In this document: piece by piece, positions 16,418 to 26,036 of the stretch
How positions within the stretch are numbered: position 1 is the stretch's first letter
How the letters are laid out: each line of letters begins with the position of its first letter
Source of the DNA: an uncultured Micavibrio sp.
GTDB taxonomy: Bacteria; Pseudomonadota; Alphaproteobacteria; Micavibrionales; Micavibrionaceae
Direction: 5' to 3'
NCBI GenBank assembly: GCA_965230245.1
Contig: OZ246000.1
Span: 1,085,054 to 1,149,053 of the forward strand
DNA: 64,000 nucleotides
Program-made: the position numbers and the translations under genes
The notes under the pieces: model-generated
The model's database searches: none
Seen by the model: only the letters and a program-made list of their open reading frames with translations
What the model was told of the DNA's origin: nothing

Positions 16418-18046
16418 ATGCCTTTGCGACTATTCCAGAACCTGAAAACAAAGGCCGGACAAATGGCCTGCGGAACTATGCTCTACAATTGGAGCTTGAA
16501 CGAAACCGTGCCCGACCGGTTGATCGTCAAGCCCGTCGATGTCTGGGAAGGTGATCCTGACAAGGGAAAGGCTTTCCTCGAATCCTGCGGCGCAAATGAG
16601 GACACAGGGCCGGTATGGCATGATCACTGGTGGAATTACGAAAACTCAGAGTCTAGGCAAACGGCAGAACTCAACAGTTTTGAAGTTTTAAGGCACTTGC
16701 GCGCACATTGTGACTCGCTCGCACGCAATCAAGGACAGGAAATGATCCTGAGCTGGATCAAAAAATACCCGAATTGGGATAAGACAACATGGCGCAGTGA
16801 TATCACGGGACAAAGATTGTCGATGTGGATTTCGCATTTTGAATATTTCTGCGCAGGTATGACCGAAGAAAATGAGGACGATTTCTTCGAATCTCTTATC
16901 CGGCAGGCAAAACACCTATACAACACACTGAGCAGTGTCGAAGAAATAGCCTTGCTGGAAACTGTAAAGGGATTAATTTACGCAAGCCTCGCAATAGAAG
17001 GCAAAGAACGTTGGATTGATCAGTCGCTTAAAACGTTGGAGTCCAGTCTGAAAGAACAAATTCTGCCCGATGGCGGACATGCCTCGCGTTCGCCTGCACG
17101 TTTGTTAACCGCACTTCAAATTCTGCTGGATATCGACTCGGCTCTTGCCGCGGGCGATTATCCGTCACCTGATTTCTTAAGAGAGACCATAAGCCGTATG
17201 AGCTGCGCCTTGCGCTTCTTCCGGTACGGTGATCGCAAACTGGCCGTCTTCAATGGAACACAGGAAGGCAATCAGGAAGAAATTGATCGCACATTGGCAC
17301 AAGCGGGCCTACGTATAAAACAACGCCTGTCTTTACCCGATAGCGGTTTTGAAAGACTGGCGCTGGGACGCACGCTTGTGATGGTCGATTGCGGCAAAGC
17401 ACCACCCTATCCCTACGACCGCCACACCCATGCCGCCCCGCTCGCCTTCGAACTCAGCTACGGTAAGGAAAGACTATTCGTATCTTGCGGCACACATCCA
17501 TCATCCGAGGAATGGCAGGAAGCCCTGCGCTTCACTTCCGCACACAACACGGCAAATCTTGACTACCGCAATGCGAACGAAATCCGTGAAGACGGCCATT
17601 TCGGCAGAAGAATCACATCCATAAACCTCGACAGACAGGAAACCAAGGATGCCGTCCTTCTCGACACCTCCCATAACGGCTACGTATCCCTGAACGGAAT
17701 TACACATTCCCGAAGGCTCTATCTAACTGATGCTGGTCATGATTTCCGCGGCGAAGACACATTTACGAGCTGTATCGATTTGGTCAGACCCATCGAAATT
17801 GCCATTCGTTTCCATATCCATCCACGCGTCACTGTTTCTCTTGTCAAAGATGACACCGAAGCTCTCTTAAGAATGCCCGGCGGCGTCGGCTGGCGCTTCC
17901 GCTTTGGACAGGGAACCCTCACCCTCGAAGATAGTATCTATCTCGGGGACGAACACGAACCGCGAAAAACAAAACAGCTCGTCATCTACGGCCAGACCAC
18001 AGGCGAATACGCCAGTGTCAAATGGTCATTGAAAAAGGAAGGGTAA
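16418..18046 (+). CDS. Heparinase II/III-like family protein
   Basis: 542 aa. It has the size, position (after rsmB and rpe) and C-terminal H..AL.FE.......N.G pattern (HAAPLAFELSYGKERLFVSCG) typical of the alphaproteobacterial heparinase II/III-like protein. AGGAGG RBS. Confidence 0.6.
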   Translation: MPLRLFQNLKTKAGQMACGTMLYNWSLNETVPDRLIVKPVDVWEGDPDKGKAFLESCGANEDTGPVWHDHWWNYENSESRQTAELNSFEVLRHLRAHCDSLARNQGQEMILSWIKKYPNWDKTTWRSDITGQRLSMWISHFEYFCAGMTEENEDDFFESLIRQAKHLYNTLSSVEEIALLETVKGLIYASLAIEGKERWIDQSLKTLESSLKEQILPDGGHASRSPARLLTALQILLDIDSALAAGDYPSPDFLRETISRMSCALRFFRYGDRKLAVFNGTQEGNQEEIDRTLAQAGLRIKQRLSLPDSGFERLALGRTLVMVDCGKAPPYPYDRHTHAAPLAFELSYGKERLFVSCGTHPSSEEWQEALRFTSAHNTANLDYRNANEIREDGHFGRRITSINLDRQETKDAVLLDTSHNGYVSLNGITHSRRLYLTDAGHDFRGEDTFTSCIDLVRPIEIAIRFHIHPRVTVSLVKDDTEALLRMPGGVGWRFRFGQGTLTLEDSIYLGDEHEPRKTKQLVIYGQTTGEYASVKWSLKKEG

Positions 18047-18054
18047 CGCCCTGT

Positions 18055-18963
18055 ATGACTCCCGATATCACTCTGCAAAAAATCGAGGAGCTTTATAAAA
18101 AAACAACACTGCTGCACGAGGAAGCGCATATCGGTGACCATTTGAGTGACTTCACCTATGCGTTAACCTCTCTCGAGTCATTGCATAACGCAGTTAACGC
18201 AAAGACCCCGATCTTCGGCTACGAATCCTGGCATCCACTGCACGAAGAGCGACATCTCGGCAGCGCTTCCGAAATGCTGTTAAGGTTGAAAGACACGAAA
18301 GGCAACGACCTCGCCCCCTATCCGGCCATCATGACCTTCTATGACGCAGGACTGGCCGAAGATATCGACCTCATCCTGTTTATTTGCGCACTCTGGCAAT
18401 TCAAGCAAAGCGCAGAGAATAAGGTCTCCATCAACATATCGGGGCGCTCGCTTCTGTCTTCCGAATTCATCAAGACCGTCCTCTCCGCCCTCGAAAGCAT
18501 GCGCCTGGAGAAAAAGCTCGACGAAGGCGTCATCATTGAAATCCATGAAAGCGCACCAACTCTCACAATGAGCAAACATATCCTGAATATGTTCCACCGT
18601 TTCGGCGCGGAATTCGCAATCGATGATGTCGGCCTCAGCCTTGGCGATGTCTTCCGGTTTTCCGAGTTCGATGACATTGCAAGCTACGTCAAAATCGACC
18701 GCAAACTCGTCTGCGTCCCCTACGGCACATCGGAATCTTTGGCATCTGTTATCTCATTCATCCGCTCCGTCCTGCCCGATGCCTGCCTGATCGCAGAAGG
18801 CGTCAAAAGCATCCAGCATGCGATCATGCTGGCCGATCAATATCCCGAAATTGATTACGTGCAGGGAATGCACTTGCCTGATCGCGCCAAATTCCAAACG
18901 CTTTGGAAAGAACACCAAGCCATGCGTAATGTTCCGACACAGCGTGACGGAAAAGCAGGGTAA
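18055..18963 (+). CDS. EAL-like domain protein with diverged motifs
   Basis: SEMLLRL (EAL position), NISGRSL, IIEIHES, IDDVGLS, VKIDRKLV, IAEGVKS, VQG. The N-terminal ~90 aa are unassigned. Confidence 0.55.
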   Translation: MTPDITLQKIEELYKKTTLLHEEAHIGDHLSDFTYALTSLESLHNAVNAKTPIFGYESWHPLHEERHLGSASEMLLRLKDTKGNDLAPYPAIMTFYDAGLAEDIDLILFICALWQFKQSAENKVSINISGRSLLSSEFIKTVLSALESMRLEKKLDEGVIIEIHESAPTLTMSKHILNMFHRFGAEFAIDDVGLSLGDVFRFSEFDDIASYVKIDRKLVCVPYGTSESLASVISFIRSVLPDACLIAEGVKSIQHAIMLADQYPEIDYVQGMHLPDRAKFQTLWKEHQAMRNVPTQRDGKAG

Positions 18964-19038
18964 ATAACAACATCTGCCCCTTGCTCAAACCGCGAATGCA
19001 GCTAAACTGAAATCACCAATTCACGTCAGGGCACGCAC

Positions 19039-20418
19039 ATGGCAAAAGCGCAAAAATCCTATACCTGTCAATCCTGCGGCGCGGTTTACCACCGCTGGTC
19101 GGGTAAATGCGACGCATGCAACGAATGGAACACCATCACCGAGGAAGTGTCCGCAGCCGCCAATGTCGTACCCAAAGGCTTAAGCGGAAAAAAAGGCCGC
19201 GTGATCGACTTCGTAGATCTGCGCGGTGAAAACAGCGGCAACTACCCGCGCTTCACAACCAAAATCAATGAACTCGATCGTGTTTCCGGCGGCGGATTGG
19301 TGCCTGGCTCGGCAACACTGATTGGCGGTGACCCGGGCATCGGAAAATCCACACTCTTGCTGCAAGCCGTCTGCGCCCTAAGCAAAAACAACGTCCCCAG
19401 CGTCTACATCTCGGGGGAAGAAGCCATCGACCAGATCCGCATGCGCGCCGAACGCCTCGGCTTGTCCGAATCCCCAGTTCAACTCGCATCCTCAACAAAC
19501 GTCCGCGACATTATTGAATCCGTCCGCGATGCAAAAACGCAGCCCAAAGTCCTGATCATCGACTCCATACAAACAATGTATGTCGATAACATCGACAGCG
19601 CCCCCGGCACGGTGACACAGGTACGAACCTCAGCACAGGAAATCATCCGCATGGCAAAGAGCCGGAATATCTCTGTGATTTTCGTCGGACACGTCACGAA
19701 AGACGGTCAGATCGCAGGCCCCCGCGTTCTCGAGCACCTCGTCGATACCGTCCTGTACTTTGAAGGTGACCGCAGCCACCAATTCCGCATCCTGCGTTCG
19801 GTTAAAAACCGTTTCGGTCCGACCAATGAAATCGGCGTCTTCGAAATGGCCGGCGAAGGTCTGGTCGAGGTCGAAAACCCCTCGGAGCTATTCCTCTCAC
19901 AGCGGAGTGAAGACGCTGCCGGAAGCGCCGTCATGGCCGCACTCGAAGGCACAAGACCGCTTCTCGTCGAAATACAGGCACTCGTCGCCCCGTCATCACT
20001 GGCATCCCCGCGCCGCGCCGTTCTCGGCTGGGATCATAACCGTCTGGCCATGATTGTTGCTGTCCTCGAAACCCGCTGCGGAATATCGCTCTCCGGTCAC
20101 GATATCTTCCTGAACATCGCCGGCGGCATCAGAATATCCGAACCCGCCGCTGACCTCGCCGTCGCAGCAGCCCTCATCAGCGCGTTGAAAGACGAAGTCC
20201 TGCCCTTTGATACGGTCTTCTTCGGTGAAATCGGTCTGGCAGGGGAAGTCCGTCAGGTCGCACAAGCCGATGTCCGTCTGAAAGAGTCTGAAAAACTCGG
20301 CTTCAAAAAAGGCACAATCCCTAAACTCTCGAAAAAAACAAAAAAGAGCAACGGCTCAGGCATAAAGCTACAGGAAATCAAACACGTGCGCGAACTCGCA
20401 AAATTCCTCGGACACTAA
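19039..20418 (+). CDS. radA: DNA repair protein RadA
   Basis: Zn ribbon CQSCGAVYHRWSGKCDACNEW, Walker A GGDPGIGKSTL, KNRFG motif, Lon-like C-terminal domain. Confidence 0.95.
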   Translation: MAKAQKSYTCQSCGAVYHRWSGKCDACNEWNTITEEVSAAANVVPKGLSGKKGRVIDFVDLRGENSGNYPRFTTKINELDRVSGGGLVPGSATLIGGDPGIGKSTLLLQAVCALSKNNVPSVYISGEEAIDQIRMRAERLGLSESPVQLASSTNVRDIIESVRDAKTQPKVLIIDSIQTMYVDNIDSAPGTVTQVRTSAQEIIRMAKSRNISVIFVGHVTKDGQIAGPRVLEHLVDTVLYFEGDRSHQFRILRSVKNRFGPTNEIGVFEMAGEGLVEVENPSELFLSQRSEDAAGSAVMAALEGTRPLLVEIQALVAPSSLASPRRAVLGWDHNRLAMIVAVLETRCGISLSGHDIFLNIAGGIRISEPAADLAVAAALISALKDEVLPFDTVFFGEIGLAGEVRQVAQADVRLKESEKLGFKKGTIPKLSKKTKKSNGSGIKLQEIKHVRELAKFLGH

Positions 20419-20498
20419 TCAAATTTCCTTTTTCGGTGTTTTCAAATATTGGCCAAACAAAACTCCGCACGCCTTTGCAAAAGTGAGCCAAAAGAAAA

Positions 20499-22826
20499 CT
20501 AGCCACTGATTTTCGGGACGGTAAAAAAGAACGCGCTACCCTTTCCGAACTCGGACTCTATCCAGATTTTTCCGTCCATAGATTCGACAATCCGTTTGCA
20601 AACGGCAAGGCCAATGCCAGTACCTCTGTATTCGTGTTTACCGTGCAATCTTTTAAAAATTACAAAAACCTGATCGCAATATTCATCCTTGATCCCGATC
20701 CCGTTATCCTGCACCGAAAACTGCCACTCATCGCCTTTATCCTCTGCTGTGACCCGAATAACCGGCGGGACGTCGTCCTGACTATATTTGAGGCTATTAC
20801 CGATTAGATTTTGCAAAAGCCGTGAAAAGTTAAGCGGGTTCCCTCGAATTTCAGGTAAATCTTCCACAATGACTTCGGCCTGTTTTTGCTCGATAGCGTC
20901 CCGAAGATTTTTGAGAACAACCTGAGCCTGTAAGTTGCAATCGATTTTAACGTGCTTTGTTTCCCCTTGGTTTAGACGCGAGTAAGACAAAATGCCTTCA
21001 ATCAATTCGCGCATGCGGCCGGCCGCATCGGTAATGTATTCAAGATACTGTTCACCCTGCTCATCAAGCTTGTCCTTGTACTCTTCATCAAGCAAATGAA
21101 CAAAATTTGTCACCATACGCAAAGGCTCCTGCAAGTCGTGAGAGGCAATATAGGCAAACCGCTCCAACTCTTCGTTTGAGCGTAAAATATTTTCTTCCGA
21201 CTTTTTACGCAAACTGATATCGCGCACAATTCCGCTGTACAATCTGCGCCCTTGTACCTGAATTTCACTAACCGCCAGCTCGAGAGGAAAAATCTCGCCG
21301 TTCTTGCGTTTCCCCGCAACTTCACGTCCGATACCGATAATCTGCCGCACACCCGTCTTGTGATAATTTTTCAAATACTGGTCATGATCTGAATGATAAG
21401 GCTCGGGCATCAGGATTTTGACATTGTGCCCGACAGCTTCCTCCCTTGAATATCCGAAAATCTTGATACAGGCATTATTGTAAGTTTCGATCTTCCCCCT
21501 ATCGTCAATGGTGATAATTCCGTCAACCGTACTCTCGACAATCGCCTCCAGTCGCGCAAGAGAGTGTTTTTCCGCGAACTCCGACCTCTGAAGACGAACA
21601 AGTTGATCTTTGTACGCTCTGGCTAATTCGCCAATCTCGTCCTTTAGTGTAACAGGAAGCGAAATATCCGAAGGACTTCCCTCATAACGCCGGATCTCTG
21701 AAATCATCTTTTTAAGTGGGCGCGTAAAGATAGTTGAGATATAAAGAGAGAAAAAAGTTAACAAAATAATAGCAACCGCAGTAGCCATGGCCGCTTGAAA
21801 GCGAATCTCATTCAAACTTTCAAACATCATCTCCTTTGATACGGAAAGCGCTACGATAAAATCATGGTGGTTGCTTCCCCCGTATTCTTGCTTAACAAAG
21901 GTGAAAAAAGCCTCACGACCTTCATGAGACGCAAAATATGATCCCCTCTGACTCAAAGAAGTCTTGAAGTCATCAAAAATACGCGCATATTTATGAGTGT
22001 CATCGTGATGATAATGTAAAAATTTTTGTTCACCTCGAATCTTATTGAAATGCGCAACATTGCCGCCTGTCATAACAAAAACACTATGACCTTGTTGCAA
22101 ATGCTCAAAAAACTCCCCGAAAAACACATCATAAGAGGAATTGATAACCAAAATACCGAACAAACGATTACCGTCAAAAACAGGCACCAGAACGCGGATG
22201 ACAATCATATGCGGCTCTTGTACCCTTCCATGTTCCCTATTCAAATTAATCGGCGAATAATAAACGTCATCGGATTCGAGCGTCAGCGCTTCCTGAAAAT
22301 AAGGTTCGCCTGCCTTGCTTTGCAAGCCGTTTTCCGGAACGATAATCGGCGCGTCATCGTCTTTAAGCCCCTTGTTCACACGCACGATCTCCCGCCCGTC
22401 ATCTTCGACACCGATAAAACGAATCTGGATATAAGAGCGCTCCTGCTCGGAAACAGATTCGAAAATGGAAGCCAGTCTTGCTTTCCATTGCTCGATTGAG
22501 GACCCGTCGAGCGGATCGATACCGTTATTCTTCGAACTCCTGATAATACCCTCTATCGGTGGAGTTTTTTTAAGAACCAGAAGATCCCGCTCGATTTTAT
22601 TTAATGTGGTTTTCAAAATATTCGAGGCATACTGTGCCTCAATCTGAAGCTCGTCTTTCTTAACGGCCAGAATCTCATCAATCATACGAAAATATAAAAA
22701 TCCGCCTAGAACAGCTGCAGTGACAAATGCGGTAAAAACCACGAACAAAGTCACTTTCGTGGAGACGGAAAAAAATGGCGCCTTTTTCTCAACGGTATTA
22801 TCGCTCTCTTTGTGAGGATCGGACAT
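20499..22826 (-). CDS. Membrane sensor histidine kinase (periplasmic sensor, HAMP, PAS, HisKA, HATPase_c)
   Basis: 775 aa with two TM segments flanking a ~300-aa extracytoplasmic region. PAS block with DGIITIDDRGKIETYN. H-box FAYIASHDLQEPLRMV. G-boxes DNGIGI and GTGIGLAVCKRIV. Confidence 0.85.
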   Translation of the reverse strand: MSDPHKESDNTVEKKAPFFSVSTKVTLFVVFTAFVTAAVLGGFLYFRMIDEILAVKKDELQIEAQYASNILKTTLNKIERDLLVLKKTPPIEGIIRSSKNNGIDPLDGSSIEQWKARLASIFESVSEQERSYIQIRFIGVEDDGREIVRVNKGLKDDDAPIIVPENGLQSKAGEPYFQEALTLESDDVYYSPINLNREHGRVQEPHMIVIRVLVPVFDGNRLFGILVINSSYDVFFGEFFEHLQQGHSVFVMTGGNVAHFNKIRGEQKFLHYHHDDTHKYARIFDDFKTSLSQRGSYFASHEGREAFFTFVKQEYGGSNHHDFIVALSVSKEMMFESLNEIRFQAAMATAVAIILLTFFSLYISTIFTRPLKKMISEIRRYEGSPSDISLPVTLKDEIGELARAYKDQLVRLQRSEFAEKHSLARLEAIVESTVDGIITIDDRGKIETYNNACIKIFGYSREEAVGHNVKILMPEPYHSDHDQYLKNYHKTGVRQIIGIGREVAGKRKNGEIFPLELAVSEIQVQGRRLYSGIVRDISLRKKSEENILRSNEELERFAYIASHDLQEPLRMVTNFVHLLDEEYKDKLDEQGEQYLEYITDAAGRMRELIEGILSYSRLNQGETKHVKIDCNLQAQVVLKNLRDAIEQKQAEVIVEDLPEIRGNPLNFSRLLQNLIGNSLKYSQDDVPPVIRVTAEDKGDEWQFSVQDNGIGIKDEYCDQVFVIFKRLHGKHEYRGTGIGLAVCKRIVESMDGKIWIESEFGKGSAFFFTVPKISG

Positions 22827-22930
22827 GACGGGATAATTTTTTTAAACCTATAGTAGAAAACATAATGCCCTAAAACTATAGAGATTTAAAATTGTAAATG
22901 TGCAGGAATAGAACTTGTATACAATAAGAC

Positions 22931-23947
22931 TTATCGCATCTTGCTGATGCCGAGGATGGTTTGCGAGCACAAAGTATCAACCGGCATTCCGGTCGTCTTA
23001 CATTGTGCTTCCAGCTCTGTCAGCTTGCCCATAATTTTATCAATCGAGTGCAAAGACCACCCGTTCACCTGCGCCTTGAACGCTGCATCGAGCTTGAAAA
23101 AAACGGGCGGCTGTAATTTCTTCATCGCCGACCCGATATCCGTACCCTGCATCATATGCACTTTGACCAAATGCAAACGTCTGAAATGATTTTGTAGCGC
23201 CCGCAGAACAGAGATGAACGCCACGCCCTCCTCCATCAGCGTATGATAAGCCTTTAGTGCGGCCTTCGAATTACGCCCGGCAACTGAATACACCAGATCA
23301 TCCAGAGATTGTGCACCCGCCACGCCGCACGCCTGATTGGCATCATAAAGGGAAATCGGTGTTTTTTCGTCACCTTTGTATAAAAGCAACTTGTCCAACT
23401 CGCTGCGCACCTTCGCACGGTCACCGGAAATATTCGCCGCGAGCCACTGCACCGCATCGGGTTCAATTCCCTTACCCGCATCCATAACCGTTTGGCGGAT
23501 CAAACGCGCCAGATCACGTTCATCTTCCACATAACACGGCACCGCCGCCGCATTCTTGGCCTTCTCACAAAATTGCCTGAGCGGAGATTTCGGTCCCAGC
23601 GCCCCTGCTAGAAGCAAAACCAGCGCTTCATGAGATGGATTTTTGAGATAAAGTTCGACCATCGGCTTGATTTTGTCGGCAGCATCTTCGATCCGGATGA
23701 GTTTATCCCCGCCCATCATTGAAACCGACCGCGCCTCGGTATCAAGCCGCTCGGGGTCGTCCGCCACATCGTCACAGGATAAGACACAGACATTGAAAGG
23801 ATCATACAAATCCTCAACAACCGTCTTCCCGATTGTCGCTGCACGCTCTTTGATCAAGCCGGCATCCGGCCCGTAAATCAGGATCACCCGCGCCGCCGGA
23901 TCAGGCTTCGCAACAAACGGTTCAATCTGACGATACGCAAGTTTCAT
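22931..23947 (-). CDS. holA: DNA polymerase III subunit delta
   Basis: 338 aa; ILIYGPDAGLIKERA, with the length and downstream-of-lptE position typical of holA. Confidence 0.8.
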   Translation of the reverse strand: MKLAYRQIEPFVAKPDPAARVILIYGPDAGLIKERAATIGKTVVEDLYDPFNVCVLSCDDVADDPERLDTEARSVSMMGGDKLIRIEDAADKIKPMVELYLKNPSHEALVLLLAGALGPKSPLRQFCEKAKNAAAVPCYVEDERDLARLIRQTVMDAGKGIEPDAVQWLAANISGDRAKVRSELDKLLLYKGDEKTPISLYDANQACGVAGAQSLDDLVYSVAGRNSKAALKAYHTLMEEGVAFISVLRALQNHFRRLHLVKVHMMQGTDIGSAMKKLQPPVFFKLDAAFKAQVNGWSLHSIDKIMGKLTELEAQCKTTGMPVDTLCSQTILGISKMR

Positions 23948-23998
23948 AAAAAATTATCGTAAGCGGAAAAATACGAACGTCAATCAAATTAGAGAAAT

Positions 23999-25471
23999 TT
24001 AACCGCAACACGCCGCCGCAGTAGCGGATCCGCGCCCTAAACGGCGAAGCTCCGGCTCGAACAGCATCCTTGCATTCACATTTGGGTTTTTGAAAACTTC
24101 CATGTCATAGGATTTCTGATACGCCAGAATATCGTCCAGACTGGAGAAGACAGCACGATTGATCTTACCGTCCGTACACCCGCTGCGGCAAATATCAAGC
24201 ATCGGCAACATTTCGTCTTCGAAACCCATCGCATCCAGACTTGGCTCGATCGCATCGGCAAATGCCTTGGCAAATTCAGCCATGGTGGAATTCCCGAACT
24301 TGATATTAAAAAATTCACCGTCATGCCACCGCGCCGCCTTGTAAGACGCTTCTAAAAGCGCCCGTGTCTCTTCAGGTGTATCGGGATCAAACCCGAAGGA
24401 AAACAGAAGGTCATCGACCTTACGCGCCAGAAGAGCATCCGCCGCCAGAGCGCCCGTAATCAACAAAGCCGTCTGATGCTGATGCAGCCCGACACCGAAC
24501 ATACGAGCCTCGTAACGGTGTGCAAAAACCTTATCCTCTATATCCCGCAAAGCCGCAACCTTCACATCGGGCCATAAGACCGTCTCTGCAAAATAATAAT
24601 TTGTCGCCGTGTTCAGCCCCCTGTCTTTGAGCGTATTGAACGTCGTCCACTCCCCCGCTGGAAGTTTTACGATATTCCCATCAGAGCAATAATAGACAAA
24701 CAAGGGATTATTCATCACATGCTCGATATGGCGGGCAATAAACTCTTCGCCGGATCGCGCACTATAGACGTAAGGCGGCACACCGCCGCGTCCCTCGCGA
24801 AGACCGTTATGACGAAGTTGCATACCGCTATGCCCGCTGAACGGCTTTCCTTGTGAAAAACCTGTGCTGTTATCCGTCAGCAAAAACAAAAACGGCGCCA
24901 TAAAATAGAGCCTGCGCACGTCAGCCAGCAACTGGTCGGGATTGCTGTGGCTAACGGAAACCTGATTGGATTTACAAACGGAAAAATACTCCGCAAACCC
25001 GCGCATATCCTCTCTATAAGGCTTAAAAAACGCATGATAACGAGGCACATCGACAATACTGGAAAGCAAATCATCCGCGCTCTGCTCGGGCAAATCCTGA
25101 AAATAGGATCGCTTTAACCCCGTCCGCACCGCGGCCTCATGAATAACATCACTTTTCTTCTGCATATCGTTCAGAACGCTGCGCATATCATCAAGTGCGG
25201 CAGCCGCAGAATTCACCTCTAGCGTCTCACTCGTCGGCTCGTTGCGCGTCCAGTCACCTGCAAGCGTGTCGCGCGCCATGTCTTTAAGCATATTGTTTTG
25301 GGGAACAGTCATCGTTTTCTGATCACGGTCAAAAAACGCCAATTCGATCTCTACACCGACCTTGGAGTCTTCGCCAACGCCTTGATATAGCTCGAAAACA
25401 TCTTCAGGTCTGTTGATTTCTGTTAAATCAACAGCATTAACATCAGACATGTGGGAAATCCTTTTGGTCAA
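23999..25471 (-). CDS. Glutamate-cysteine ligase-family-like protein (tentative)
   Basis: 490 aa. N-terminal VGVEIELAFFD and TLEVNS resemble the GCL/carboxylate-amine ligase beta-strand motifs. No canonical plant-type or E. coli-type GshA signature could be confirmed by eye. Confidence 0.4.
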   Translation of the reverse strand: MTKRISHMSDVNAVDLTEINRPEDVFELYQGVGEDSKVGVEIELAFFDRDQKTMTVPQNNMLKDMARDTLAGDWTRNEPTSETLEVNSAAAALDDMRSVLNDMQKKSDVIHEAAVRTGLKRSYFQDLPEQSADDLLSSIVDVPRYHAFFKPYREDMRGFAEYFSVCKSNQVSVSHSNPDQLLADVRRLYFMAPFLFLLTDNSTGFSQGKPFSGHSGMQLRHNGLREGRGGVPPYVYSARSGEEFIARHIEHVMNNPLFVYYCSDGNIVKLPAGEWTTFNTLKDRGLNTATNYYFAETVLWPDVKVAALRDIEDKVFAHRYEARMFGVGLHQHQTALLITGALAADALLARKVDDLLFSFGFDPDTPEETRALLEASYKAARWHDGEFFNIKFGNSTMAEFAKAFADAIEPSLDAMGFEDEMLPMLDICRSGCTDGKINRAVFSSLDDILAYQKSYDMEVFKNPNVNARMLFEPELRRLGRGSATAAACCG

Positions 25472-25523
25472 AAACTAATTATATATCTTAACCATTCAGA
25501 TGACAAATACGGAAAGTTACAAT

Positions 25524-26036
25524 CTAACGCTTTAAATAAAGCCCGATCTGCAGCTCAATCTGCCGTGCAAGGTCATTCAACGCGTTCTCTCGCGTGTTCT
25601 GCTCTGTCACACGGTTGGCAAATTCGCTGCCCAGAATGTTGTAGGAGCCGATAGACGTCAAACGGCGCGTCAAAAGGGTCTTGCCTGTCTCGATACTCTC
25701 CAGACGCATCGTTGTCACCAATTTAAGCTGCCCGCGCGTCGCATCGGAACTCTTCGTGATATCCAAATCCGTCGTCGTTTCATCAATTTTATCAACGACC
25801 AGCTTGTACTGCGGATTAACCGGACGACCTGTGCGGTAAAAACGATCAATCAAGGCGTTACGCAAGAACTGCCCCTCGCGGTCAGGAATATTCAGAATGG
25901 AAACCTGCTCCAGCTCGCTCGAAACAACCGCCGAACTTTCCGTTGTCGGCGTATTCCCGTACATCGGCTCGAACCCGCAAGCCGCTAAAGGAAGAGCGGA
26001 ACCACACACCAAAACTGTTAAAACGAGCTTTTTCAT
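25524..26036 (-). CDS. lptE: LPS-assembly lipoprotein LptE
   Basis: Lipobox LPLAAC. 170 aa. Overlaps the leuS stop by 4 nt in the conserved leuS-lptE arrangement. Confidence 0.8.
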   Translation of the reverse strand: MKKLVLTVLVCGSALPLAACGFEPMYGNTPTTESSAVVSSELEQVSILNIPDREGQFLRNALIDRFYRTGRPVNPQYKLVVDKIDETTTDLDITKSSDATRGQLKLVTTMRLESIETGKTLLTRRLTSIGSYNILGSEFANRVTEQNTRENALNDLARQIELQIGLYLKR

